DNA of 60,315 nucleotides from a virus: IMG/VR virus record IMGVR_UViG_3300044712_000367, positions 1 to 60,315 of that record; one strand, 5' to 3'. Shown piece by piece: positions 40,657 to 49,713 of this stretch (position 1 is its first letter; each line of letters starts with the position of its first letter). The notes under the pieces were generated by a model. It saw only the letters and a program-made list of their open reading frames with translations, ran no database searches and was not told where the DNA came from. The position numbers and the translations under genes were made by a program.

Positions 40657-41921
40657 TGGTCATGTTCCTTCATCTTGATCTGCTTGTGCTGCGGTGCGAT
40701 CCGCACCTCGAAATTGGTCGGCACCGTCGGACCCAGCAGCGGCTTGCCGTTCTTGTCCAGTCCTCGGCTGGGGCCGCGCTCGTACTTGCCGTCGGGGCGC
40801 ATCTTCAGCTTCGGGTCGTAATGGACGAAGAAGCCCTTGCTCTCCTTGGCCGCGCCCTCGGTCGTGCCGGTCGCCTTCTTGTTCTTCAGGCCAACGATAA
40901 CCCCGTCGGAGCCTTCCGGTTGCATGTCCAGCGGGCGGAAGTCATGGGTGTCGCCGTTGACCACCTTGTACCGCTTGCCGGTCTCCTGATCGACCACGAC
41001 CTCCGGCAGGTGTTCGCGGTGCGAGAAGGCCATCGCCACGTTGTCGCCCTGATCGAGGCGGCGGCGCATCTGCTTCCAGTTGGTGTGCGGGTTGTCGATG
41101 CCCAGATCGGGGTTCGACACGCCGGTCGAGGAGTAGGTGTAGTGGTGGTTCGAGGCGACGGGGTTCGAGTTGTTCTTCGTGTAGTCGTAGAAGGACACGT
41201 CGGGATGCGCCTCGATCAGCGACTTGTGGATCAGCGGGTTGATGTCGGACAGGACGTTCAGCCGGACGCCCAGATGGTTGCCGTTGCGCGCGGCCTCGCG
41301 CTTGGCCGCTGCGATCTCGTCGTACAGCTTGACCGCAAAAGCCTCCGGCTCCCGCATCATGGCGATTGTCTTTTTCAGGCTGTTCAGGCGAGGCCCCTTG
41401 AACGCGGTCAAATCTTGGCCGCCGCCGACTTTGAAATAGTTGCCGGAGGTCTTGCCGAGGCACTCGTCCTTGCAAGATGCGGAGTTCGGGCATGTCGAGA
41501 ATTTGCCCTCCTGATAGGCTGGCGACAGGGCAAGGCCAGCGGTCTCGATCCCGCGCCCGTCATCCAGCTTGACTGGTTCCTCGTCGCCATAGCCGGTTTC
41601 GGACTTCATCAGCTTGGCGTTTTTTCCCAGCAACGGCACCCCGCGCCCGTTCTTCAATGCACCCGTGTGCGGCGACAAGCGGCGGTCGGCGGCGATCACG
41701 TTTGCAACCTGATCAGCTGGGGATAGCGCCAGATGGTTCGAGATGGCGGTGTCGAAGGCTGCCTTCAAATCCTTCATCGTCGGCGCATCATCGTACGATT
41801 TAAAGGCACCTGCCTTGCCGGTCGGTCGAAACGGCTGCGGCTGGATGGAAAAACGAGGCGCGGCGGGGCGCGCGCCTCCGGTCATGGCAAGGGCTTTGTT
41901 TACGATGTCGTCCACGATCAA
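40653..41921 (-). CDS. GP88-family-like protein (422 aa)
   Basis: LALSPAYQEGKFSTCPNSASCKDECLGKTSGNY..GPRLNSLKKTIAMMREPEAF resembles the phage GP88 domain as I recall it. Confidence 0.4.
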   Translation of the reverse strand: MIVDDIVNKALAMTGGARPAAPRFSIQPQPFRPTGKAGAFKSYDDAPTMKDLKAAFDTAISNHLALSPADQVANVIAADRRLSPHTGALKNGRGVPLLGKNAKLMKSETGYGDEEPVKLDDGRGIETAGLALSPAYQEGKFSTCPNSASCKDECLGKTSGNYFKVGGGQDLTAFKGPRLNSLKKTIAMMREPEAFAVKLYDEIAAAKREAARNGNHLGVRLNVLSDINPLIHKSLIEAHPDVSFYDYTKNNSNPVASNHHYTYSSTGVSNPDLGIDNPHTNWKQMRRRLDQGDNVAMAFSHREHLPEVVVDQETGKRYKVVNGDTHDFRPLDMQPEGSDGVIVGLKNKKATGTTEGAAKESKGFFVHYDPKLKMRPDGKYERGPSRGLDKNGKPLLGPTVPTNFEVRIAPQHKQIKMKEHDQ

Positions 41922-43741
41922 ATCTCCTTGCCGGTCTGGGCGAAGATAGCACTTCGGTTATCCTTGGTGAAGTGGCGCGTGGCGGCCAACGCGGCATCGA
42001 CTGATCCACCGCGCCGGAAAGCGGGGTATCCCTTGTCCAGAACGCCCCGCTTCAGGTTTTCGGTCATCGGCAGGTGGAAGCCCTGATACTCGTTGTCCCC
42101 CTCACCGTAGGTGACCGGTTCGGCGGGCTGAATGTCTGGATCGTGCTGCCGCGCCAGCTTCAGCACCGACTTCGGCACCATCTGGTCGTAGTAGGTCTTC
42201 ATGCCGCTGCCGCCCATTTTCAGGTCGTCGCCCGAAATGTAGTGGTTCAGCGTCTGTTCGTTTTGGTTGACCACAGGGTCGCTGTTCAGAAGCCGTTCGG
42301 CCACATCCCGACCCACAAGGCTTTGCAGGTGTTCCGCATCCCTGATGTTGCCATCGAACACCGGCCTGCCGTTGTGGTTGTTTGCCGTCAACCTGCCGAA
42401 ACTGCTGCCATCTTGCGGCCTCTTCAGCGACAAGCTCTTGATCTCTTTCTCCAGCCCATACCGGTCGGCTTGGTTCTGGCCGGTGGGGAAGACGATGCCG
42501 TCGTAGTTGCCCAGCGCGGCCTCGCGCAGCACGTTCTTCAGCGCCAGATCGGTCCAATGCTGAGTGTTGGTGACGTATGGTGCGGGCGGTGGCGCATTGT
42601 TGGGGCCGTAATCCAGCTTGTCACTGTCAGGGTGCGTCCGGTACGCATCCCACGCCTGATCGTGAGTGTCATGCTCTGACACTGTCTTGCCGGTGGACTT
42701 GTCCCACACTCGGTACACCTTGTCTGGGCTGCGGAAACCCTTGTCGCGGCCTTCCTGCCCCCAGTCGGATTGCAATTCCTCGACGTGCAGCAGGCGCTTG
42801 CCGATGCCCTTCTTGTCGGCAAACGGGGTGTGCCAGCGCATGACCCGCGACACGCTGGCGGCTTCCTCGGGCGTGATGACGCCGTGGGCGACCCCCACAT
42901 GCACCGCGCCGGAAGACAGGTCGCGGACGCCGACCCCCGCCATGTTCGCCAGCCGCTCCATAATGGGCCGCACGGTGTCTCGGTTCTCCCCGATCTCGCG
43001 GTCCGACAGTCGGATGTGGGCCAGCACGTTGGGGTGTTCCTCCCAGTGGCTGGACTGGTAGGTGCCCTGCGGGCGGGGCGGCCCGTTCAGCCTGCGGGAT
43101 TGCTCCAGCCGTTGTTCCAGATTGGCCACGATGTCGCGGCTTTGCTGGGTGACTGGGTGGTCGACACCGTACCCGCCCTCGTGATGCTGCAGCCGGTCAC
43201 GCGCGCGGGAAAGCTCCTTCTCGAGCTGGGCGGTGGGGCCGGAACCGGCCTTGGGCAGTTGCAGCAGGCGTTCACGGTAGTTGTTGGCGTCGTTCGAGGC
43301 GTACGCTCCGTACTGGGTGTCGAGCGGGTACTGATCGCCCGTGTCTTCATCCGTGCCGTGGATGACGTTTGGGGATGCGGATAGCCGGTCCGACAGCAGC
43401 TTGTGCCGCGCCTCCTCCTCGGGGGAGAGCGGATCGCGCTGCTGAATGTCGTTCCGGCGGCGCTGCAGCGCGATGCGCTCCCGATGCTCGTCGCGCGACA
43501 GGTAGGAGGGGTTTTCGCCGTACTGCTCGATCTGGATGCGGGGCTTGCGCGCCTCGAAGATGTCGGCCAGCTCGTCTCGGGTGATCTGGCCCTGCGGCAG
43601 TTCACCCGCATGCTGCAGTTCGACATCCTTGAGGCCCGCCTTGCGCGCCGCGCCGACGAACTGCTCTGCGGTGCCGCGCTCCTGCTGCAGGCCTCGGATG
43701 ATCTGCGCCGCCTTGGAGTAGAGGCCGGTCTTGGGGTCCAT
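41918..43741 (-). CDS. Large polyvalent-type protein, paralogue of the C-terminal module of 43741..46698 (607 aa)
   Basis: Start trimmed to MDPKTGLYSKAAQIIRGL (TAATG overlap). Shared strings: LYSKAA..RGL, NxLAHIR, LLHVEELQSDW, GYPAFRRGGSV. Confidence 0.65.
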   Translation of the reverse strand: MDPKTGLYSKAAQIIRGLQQERGTAEQFVGAARKAGLKDVELQHAGELPQGQITRDELADIFEARKPRIQIEQYGENPSYLSRDEHRERIALQRRRNDIQQRDPLSPEEEARHKLLSDRLSASPNVIHGTDEDTGDQYPLDTQYGAYASNDANNYRERLLQLPKAGSGPTAQLEKELSRARDRLQHHEGGYGVDHPVTQQSRDIVANLEQRLEQSRRLNGPPRPQGTYQSSHWEEHPNVLAHIRLSDREIGENRDTVRPIMERLANMAGVGVRDLSSGAVHVGVAHGVITPEEAASVSRVMRWHTPFADKKGIGKRLLHVEELQSDWGQEGRDKGFRSPDKVYRVWDKSTGKTVSEHDTHDQAWDAYRTHPDSDKLDYGPNNAPPPAPYVTNTQHWTDLALKNVLREAALGNYDGIVFPTGQNQADRYGLEKEIKSLSLKRPQDGSSFGRLTANNHNGRPVFDGNIRDAEHLQSLVGRDVAERLLNSDPVVNQNEQTLNHYISGDDLKMGGSGMKTYYDQMVPKSVLKLARQHDPDIQPAEPVTYGEGDNEYQGFHLPMTENLKRGVLDKGYPAFRRGGSVDAALAATRHFTKDNRSAIFAQTGKEI

Positions 43742-46698
43742 TAGCGCGCCCTCCGCACGTGAGTGACATAGCCGCCCCTCCGGAAGGAGGAGAAGCCGTT
43801 CTGATTGATGCTGTCGCGGGCCTTGTCGGTCAGCTCGACGTGCGGCGCGCCCCAGCCCGCGATAATCTGCGGGTCGTCGTCGCTGCCGCCTTGCGGATCG
43901 TGCTGGCGCACCAGCTTCTGCGCTATCGAGGGCAACTTCTTGTTGTAGATGCCGTTGAACTCGGTGCCACCCCACCGTTCGCTCTGCGCCTCATCGGGCG
44001 TGAAGGCGATGCCGTTGTAGCCGCCCTTGGCCGCCTCCATCAGCACGTGCTTCATCGCCAGCTCCGACACGTCATCGCGGTCGGGGTTGATGTAGGGGGC
44101 CTTCGGAACGCCGGTCGACCCTCGGGCCGCGTGTTCCATCTGCCGGTGTTCCTCCTGCCGCCCCAGCTTCATGGCCAGCATGTACGGGTCCATCACGTGG
44201 TACTTGTCGCGCAGCGCCCGCCGGATCATGGGCGAGGCCGTGGGATCAATGCCGTTGATCGCATCCACGCGCATCTGGGTGACGTAGTCCTCGTAGGCTT
44301 TTTTCTCGTTGCCGGTGCGAAACCCTTTGCGGCGCGCGTCGTTGTTCCAGTCTGACTGCAGCTCCTCGACGTGGAGGATTTTGCGGTTGCCGATTTTCCG
44401 GTCCGACATGCGAATATGGGCCAGCGGGTTCGGGGTGCTGCCCCAGTGCATCTTCGCGTAGTAGGTCTGGTCGTTCGGCTGGTTTTCCAGCGTCAGGATG
44501 TGTTCGCGGTAGTTCTGGCCGTTAGGCAGCTGATACTGGGCGTACTGCGGGCGATTTTCGGGGGTCATAGCCTCGCGCTCCAGTTCGTCGAGGCGACGGA
44601 AGTCTTCGGGCTTATAAGACATCATGTCGCCCTCCATCATGCGTTTGTACTCGTTGATGGCATCGCCGCGCCGGTTCACCCCAATCAGGGGCTGCGCGCC
44701 TTCGATGTGATCGGCCACGTCAGACGGGCGTGCCTTGACGCCAGCGGGGAGATCGGAATGTTCGATTTCGGCCTTCTTTACGCCCTTGCCCAGAGCGTAT
44801 TTGACGATGTCGCCGACCTGCATCGGGTTGTCTTTCAGCCCGCGCACAACCTTGGCCGCCTTGGAGTACAGCTCGACCTTTCCGCCACCGGCGCGCATGA
44901 TGCGCGGGTCGTTCGGGTCGCCCACCTCCGCATCGCGGTGCTTGATCATGTTGGGGTTGAAGACGACGATCTCGGACAGGCCGCGATTGGTCTTCATCAG
45001 AACCCCATCGTGACCGCGCTTCTGCATGTGTTTCATGAAGGTGTCGATGTGGTGGCGCTGCAGGTTATCCCACGGCTCCAGTTCACTCTTCTCGCGCATG
45101 ATGCCCATGGACTGCAAATCGCGCAGCGTACGATGCGATCCCTTGTCGGATACGTCCCAGACGTAGGGGTTTTTCAGGGCAGCATGCAGCGGCCCCATGA
45201 CGGTACCGGTCCCCATCTCGTCGGGGTCGGCGTATCCTTCGGCGTTGCCCTTGATGGGTGTCAGGTAATGGCCGCGCCCGTAGAAACCAGCGTCACGCTT
45301 GCCCAGTTTGGCGTCGTCGAACGCTTCGAACGGCTTCGGCGCGGGCGTCCCGTGCCAGAGGTCCACCGGATTGCCGGTCTCGTCGCGCAGGTCTTCGTGC
45401 ATGCCCTCGAACATGGCGGGTCCACCGGAGGCACGGTGGATGCGCGGGTCTTTGGGGTTGAAGCGGCCAGAGTTGTTGACTGACTTGATCTGGTGAGGGT
45501 GGAAAGCAACGTAATGGTTGGAGACGAAACCCATCTGCGGGCTGTCCTCCAAGTTCTTTAGGATCATGCCGTCGTGTCCCTTGGACTTGGCATCGTCAAT
45601 CAGGCTGTCCAAGTCGCGGTCAGCCGACAGCCTGCCGCCACCAAAGTCTATGACCATCGGGTTCTGGATTGACAGGTGAGCGTGGACGATGTTTTTTCCC
45701 TCGTCGTCGTTGGCATTGATGCCCTTGGCTTCGTGGTCCTCCCACGCCATCATCGCCTTTTCGTAGGCATCCCAATCGCCACTTGCTTCATGTCTGGCGA
45801 CCTCTCGCTTCAAGCGTTGGCTCTCGCGCTCATGGTATGCCACATTCGGCACCAGCGTGCGCCCAGCCCGATCCGCGTACTGCTGCGCCACATCCTTGCT
45901 GTCTGTGAAAAAGAACCCTTTTGTCGCTCCGGCGTTCTCCCCAGTCGCGCTGCCTCCCCGTGAAGGATCGAACGCATCAATCGGCTGGTTGGTACCGTGG
46001 TAAAGGACGAGGGGCTTGCCTTGATCATCCACAGCTTTTGATGCGCCGAACCATTTTTGGAACTCGGGGCGGCCAGTCCAGTCTGGAGCATCCCCACTCA
46101 CCTCGCCCCCATCGGCTTTTACCGACCGCAAGCCGCCCATCTTCCGCATGCCAGTTGCCTTGACGGCGTCGAGGTACAGGGTGCCTTCCTGATTGTCGTC
46201 GCCCTGTTCGCTGCCGGAGGTGTAGCGCAGCATCGGGACATACTGCTGACCCTCATGCTCGATGATCGTCGGCTTCGCGCCAAGCCGGTCGAAGTGCTGC
46301 AGCGTGATGGAGTTCGGCTTCCATTTCTGCATGTAGCGGCCCGTGATCTTCAGCGGGCTGCTCTTCCCCTGAAGAACATCGCCCACCTCGTAGCCGTCGA
46401 ACACACCAGCATCGAGCGCCTTTTGGTGCGCTTCCATTGCCTGACCCATACGGTTGGACAGGTCGCCCATGAACCCCTTGTGGAAGGTCTGCAACTGCTT
46501 CTGCTCCCGCGCCGCGCCGAGGTCGATGGGCGCGTCCACCGGGCCGCCATCGGCATGGGCCTGACGCGGCACATCGGGCAGGTATTTCGACGGGGCGATC
46601 TGGCCTCCCGCGCGATCCTTGGCCTCGCGGGCGCGGCGCTTGTCCATGATCGCGCCAAGGGTCAGCTTGGCCGCGCGGATCGCCTTGTCGTCATCCAT
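43741..46698 (-). CDS. Polyvalent protein (985 aa) with two tandem ART-PolyVal-like ADP-ribosyltransferase modules plus a C-terminal LHVEELQSDW module
   Basis: EFQKWFGASKAVDDQGKPLVLYHGTNQPIDAFD..GFFFTDS and NPVDLWHGTPAPKPFEAFDD..GFYGRGHYLTP. Starts at ATG 46698, overlapping the portal stop. Confidence 0.7.
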   Translation of the reverse strand: MDDDKAIRAAKLTLGAIMDKRRAREAKDRAGGQIAPSKYLPDVPRQAHADGGPVDAPIDLGAAREQKQLQTFHKGFMGDLSNRMGQAMEAHQKALDAGVFDGYEVGDVLQGKSSPLKITGRYMQKWKPNSITLQHFDRLGAKPTIIEHEGQQYVPMLRYTSGSEQGDDNQEGTLYLDAVKATGMRKMGGLRSVKADGGEVSGDAPDWTGRPEFQKWFGASKAVDDQGKPLVLYHGTNQPIDAFDPSRGGSATGENAGATKGFFFTDSKDVAQQYADRAGRTLVPNVAYHERESQRLKREVARHEASGDWDAYEKAMMAWEDHEAKGINANDDEGKNIVHAHLSIQNPMVIDFGGGRLSADRDLDSLIDDAKSKGHDGMILKNLEDSPQMGFVSNHYVAFHPHQIKSVNNSGRFNPKDPRIHRASGGPAMFEGMHEDLRDETGNPVDLWHGTPAPKPFEAFDDAKLGKRDAGFYGRGHYLTPIKGNAEGYADPDEMGTGTVMGPLHAALKNPYVWDVSDKGSHRTLRDLQSMGIMREKSELEPWDNLQRHHIDTFMKHMQKRGHDGVLMKTNRGLSEIVVFNPNMIKHRDAEVGDPNDPRIMRAGGGKVELYSKAAKVVRGLKDNPMQVGDIVKYALGKGVKKAEIEHSDLPAGVKARPSDVADHIEGAQPLIGVNRRGDAINEYKRMMEGDMMSYKPEDFRRLDELEREAMTPENRPQYAQYQLPNGQNYREHILTLENQPNDQTYYAKMHWGSTPNPLAHIRMSDRKIGNRKILHVEELQSDWNNDARRKGFRTGNEKKAYEDYVTQMRVDAINGIDPTASPMIRRALRDKYHVMDPYMLAMKLGRQEEHRQMEHAARGSTGVPKAPYINPDRDDVSELAMKHVLMEAAKGGYNGIAFTPDEAQSERWGGTEFNGIYNKKLPSIAQKLVRQHDPQGGSDDDPQIIAGWGAPHVELTDKARDSINQNGFSSFRRGGYVTHVRRAR

Positions 46699-49037
46699 CA
46701 CTTGCCTCCGTCACGCTTCTTCTGCGCCTGCACCTGCATCGCCAGCTTGATGATATCCGCGCGATGGTCTTGCTGTTGCATATCACGTTCGTGCTGCATT
46801 CGCACCGCATCATTCATCTGATCGCGGTCCATCTGCATCTGCTCCCGCCGCAGATCGGCCTCGCGGTCGAGATCGCGGTTCTCGTCGTTCATCTGGTCGC
46901 GGCGCATGGAAATCTCCATTTGCCGCGCCTTGTTTTGCTCCGCCATGAGCTTGGCCTGACCCAGCGCTGGGTCAACCTGCGGCCCCTGCGGCGAGTTGGC
47001 GGGCGGGTGGCCCTGCTGCGCCTTGATCATGTCGGCCTGCGCCCGCATCGTGTCCGCGTCGGCCTTCTGGTGCGCGATCTTGATCTCCTCGACGCCCTTC
47101 AGGAATTCCGGAGGCGGCTGCTTGCGCTCATCTTCCGGCTTGAAGAATTGCTCGGGGTTCGACCAGCCAATGGCGCGCAGGGCGGCGGTGTCGATGGCCA
47201 AATCGTCGTAGAGCGAGGGATTTCCCGCCTGCAGCTGCTTCAGGGCCATGATCTTCATCACGCGCTGGGCGTGACTGGAGGTGTTCGGGTCGGCCTGCGG
47301 CACCAGCTCGATGTCGTCCAGCGCCTGCATCAGCAGGTCGGGGTTCCACTGGACCGTCGGGCGGCGGTTGCGCTCCCAGAAGCTCTCGGGGTGTTCCCTA
47401 AAGCAGTCCCGCAGCAGGTCAAACTCCTCCGCCTGCGCGCTGTGCATGCGCTTGTGGACCGAGTTCAAGACCTTGGTGGCCTGCTCGATCATCGCCAGCG
47501 TGGTGCCGACCGGCGCGTCGGCCCGCCCCTCGCCAACCTGCAGCTCGGACGTGCCGCCCACGCGCATGCCGGTCTGGGCCATGTTCTCGACCAGCGCCAT
47601 CAGGGCCTGCGACGGCTCCTTGTAGGGCAGCGGCATGACGGCCTGATTGATGGGCATGCCGCCGGTCTTGATCTGCGACGACCCACCCGGCGGGATGCGG
47701 AAGATGTTGGTGTTCTGGCGGCTGCCGGTGTCCGAGATCAGGAAGCCCGGGAAGTTGGCGTACATGCCCGCGTCCAGCAGCTCCCGCCACGCGGCGGTCA
47801 CCGCGTTCGTGGTGTTGCCGAGGATGTGCAGCAGGCCGATGTCGTAGAAGCCAAAGCCCGGCACGAAGGTGTACTTCACGAAGGTGCGGCGCGCCTCCGG
47901 CAGCTCCTTGGTGTCCTCGTTGTAGTTTCGTACGATGGACAGGATTTCACGCGACGACACGTCGATGGTCACGCGGTACGGGATTTCGAGGCCGCTCTCC
48001 TTGCCCTTGAACTTGTGTTCGAACCCCTTGATGTCGAGTTCGCAGTAGACCTCGTAGATTTCGCGGTCGCGGTCGTCGGGGTTCATCGACTGGGTCGAGA
48101 TGCCCTGCTGGGCGGCCTTGGCCTCTTGGACGCTGTCGGGCGCGGTGTCCTGCGGCGTGGCCAAGTCGATGTCGCGGTAGACGCCAAGGATTTGCAGGCG
48201 GCGCACCGTCGAGGGCTTCATGTAGACGCGGTGCGTGATCCGGCGCGCGTTCGACAAGTCGGTCGCGGCGTTGTTGACGATCAGGTCTTCCGCGTCGACG
48301 CTCTCCGACACGGGCCGGTTCCGCAGCGGGCAGAAGTAGACCTTCTTGAACGCCGTGCCGCCGAAGCCCAACATCAGGAACATGCGGTCGGTGTCGGGGT
48401 AGTACTCCTTGGCGGTCGAGGTCAGGTAGTGGTTGAAGTCCTTCTGGAACCCATCCGCCATCTGGTCGCGCTCTTTGGTCGCGCTGTTCGCGTCATCCCT
48501 GATCTTCACCGGCCCGTCGGTCGGCAGCATCTCGGAGCGCGCGTTGGCTTGGAAGCGCAACACTGCCTCCTGCAGCAGCGGGTGCCGCACCTTGGACATG
48601 CCCTCAACCGGCGCGCCGTCAGCCGACCCCTGAATACCCGGCGCTTCCAGCTTCAGGCCCAGCAGCTTCATGCCCTGCGCCCGATCCTCGACCCACTCCT
48701 TGCGGCTCATGAGGTCGTCGTCGACGCCGCGCAGCAGGTCTTCGGCTATCTGCCCCAGCTCCATGGCGTCGATCTTCTCGACCAGATTGTCGAACCACCC
48801 GTCGGGGCCGTCATCATCTTCGGCCTCCGAGATCGGCTTCCCGTCGAGGCTGACGGTGATCGACCCGTCTCCGTGGTCGATGCGGAGGATCGCGCCCTTC
48901 TGGTCGAACTCGGGAACCTCCGCCTCTTCGTCAGCGTCTTCTACCGTCACGTCCATCGGGCTGATCGCAGCCTCGTTTGGGTCTTCCTCAAGGCGAACCG
49001 CAGGGTTCAGGTCGGGAACGAGGGGCATCAGGGTCAT
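46698..49037 (-). CDS. Portal protein with long helical Q/M/D/R-rich C-terminal extension
   Basis: 779 aa. Size and position; VRHPLLQEAVLRFQANARSEMLPTDGPVK region. C-terminal ~120 aa is a predicted single long helix. Confidence 0.7.
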   Translation of the reverse strand: MTLMPLVPDLNPAVRLEEDPNEAAISPMDVTVEDADEEAEVPEFDQKGAILRIDHGDGSITVSLDGKPISEAEDDDGPDGWFDNLVEKIDAMELGQIAEDLLRGVDDDLMSRKEWVEDRAQGMKLLGLKLEAPGIQGSADGAPVEGMSKVRHPLLQEAVLRFQANARSEMLPTDGPVKIRDDANSATKERDQMADGFQKDFNHYLTSTAKEYYPDTDRMFLMLGFGGTAFKKVYFCPLRNRPVSESVDAEDLIVNNAATDLSNARRITHRVYMKPSTVRRLQILGVYRDIDLATPQDTAPDSVQEAKAAQQGISTQSMNPDDRDREIYEVYCELDIKGFEHKFKGKESGLEIPYRVTIDVSSREILSIVRNYNEDTKELPEARRTFVKYTFVPGFGFYDIGLLHILGNTTNAVTAAWRELLDAGMYANFPGFLISDTGSRQNTNIFRIPPGGSSQIKTGGMPINQAVMPLPYKEPSQALMALVENMAQTGMRVGGTSELQVGEGRADAPVGTTLAMIEQATKVLNSVHKRMHSAQAEEFDLLRDCFREHPESFWERNRRPTVQWNPDLLMQALDDIELVPQADPNTSSHAQRVMKIMALKQLQAGNPSLYDDLAIDTAALRAIGWSNPEQFFKPEDERKQPPPEFLKGVEEIKIAHQKADADTMRAQADMIKAQQGHPPANSPQGPQVDPALGQAKLMAEQNKARQMEISMRRDQMNDENRDLDREADLRREQMQMDRDQMNDAVRMQHERDMQQQDHRADIIKLAMQVQAQKKRDGGK

Positions 49038-49067
49038 CCCTTATGGGTCAGGTTTGGCGCGATCCTA

Positions 49068-49472
49068 TCAGGTCGGCTTGTTTTCTTCCAGCAGCAGGTA
49101 CGCGCCCGCCAGATAGTTGATGGCCCCCAAGAGTTCGCGCTTAGCTGCATCCGGCCCCATCCGGCTGGCTTCCTGCGTCTTCTTGATGGCCTGATACATG
49201 CAGCCGATGGGGCTGCAGCCCAACATCCGGCTGATCTCCAACATCGGCTGCTCTCCGAACGGCCTGCCCTGCCCGTGTCGTTCGGCCCCCTTGCCGTAAG
49301 CGGCCTGCATTACCGCCAGATCAAGGACGCGACGCAGCGGGGCGTAAGCATCGACCATTTGGTTCTCGCCCATCCCGTTTTCTGCTGGACAGACGTGTGT
49401 CCCATCGACGCCACAAAATCCGCCGCAGGTCAGGCAACGGCGGTTCAAATTGATTTCACCCCACTGCGCCAT
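49068..49472 (-). CDS. Cys-rich N-terminus plus helical domain weakly resembling phage nucleotide pyrophosphohydrolase domains (134 aa)
   Basis: Start moved to MAQWGEINL. CLTCGGFC..C. AAYGKGAERHG...MYQAIKKTQEA...ELLGAINYLAGAYLLL. Confidence 0.35.
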   Translation of the reverse strand: MAQWGEINLNRRCLTCGGFCGVDGTHVCPAENGMGENQMVDAYAPLRRVLDLAVMQAAYGKGAERHGQGRPFGEQPMLEISRMLGCSPIGCMYQAIKKTQEASRMGPDAAKRELLGAINYLAGAYLLLEENKPT

Positions 49473-49524
49473 CACAGGCACCACGCCATGAGCAGGATGA
49501 TCATCACGGTCACGATAATTTCAC

Positions 49525-49713
49525 TCATGTTTCTCTTTCCCTCAGTTCGAGAGTCGGTCTCAAGCCCACCTCGGCGCAGATTTCTCCGATCTGGCGCATG
49601 GTCAAGCAGTTCAAAGCGCGATTGGCAACGTAAACCAGATCGGTCACGGTAAGCGTCTCGGCCAGCATCTGCCCCATGTCTATCCAGATCGGGCCTTTGG
49701 GCTTATCACTCAT
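49525..49713 (-). CDS. Hypothetical protein (62 aa)
   Basis: Start trimmed to MSDKPKGPIWIDMG. Confidence 0.5.
   Translation of the reverse strand: MSDKPKGPIWIDMGQMLAETLTVTDLVYVANRALNCLTMRQIGEICAEVGLRPTLELRERET

Noticed and set aside
46764-49652. 962-aa plus-strand ORF opposite the portal gene
   Set aside because: Same antisense shadow pattern with no motifs. The minus-strand portal frame is coupled to its neighbours.
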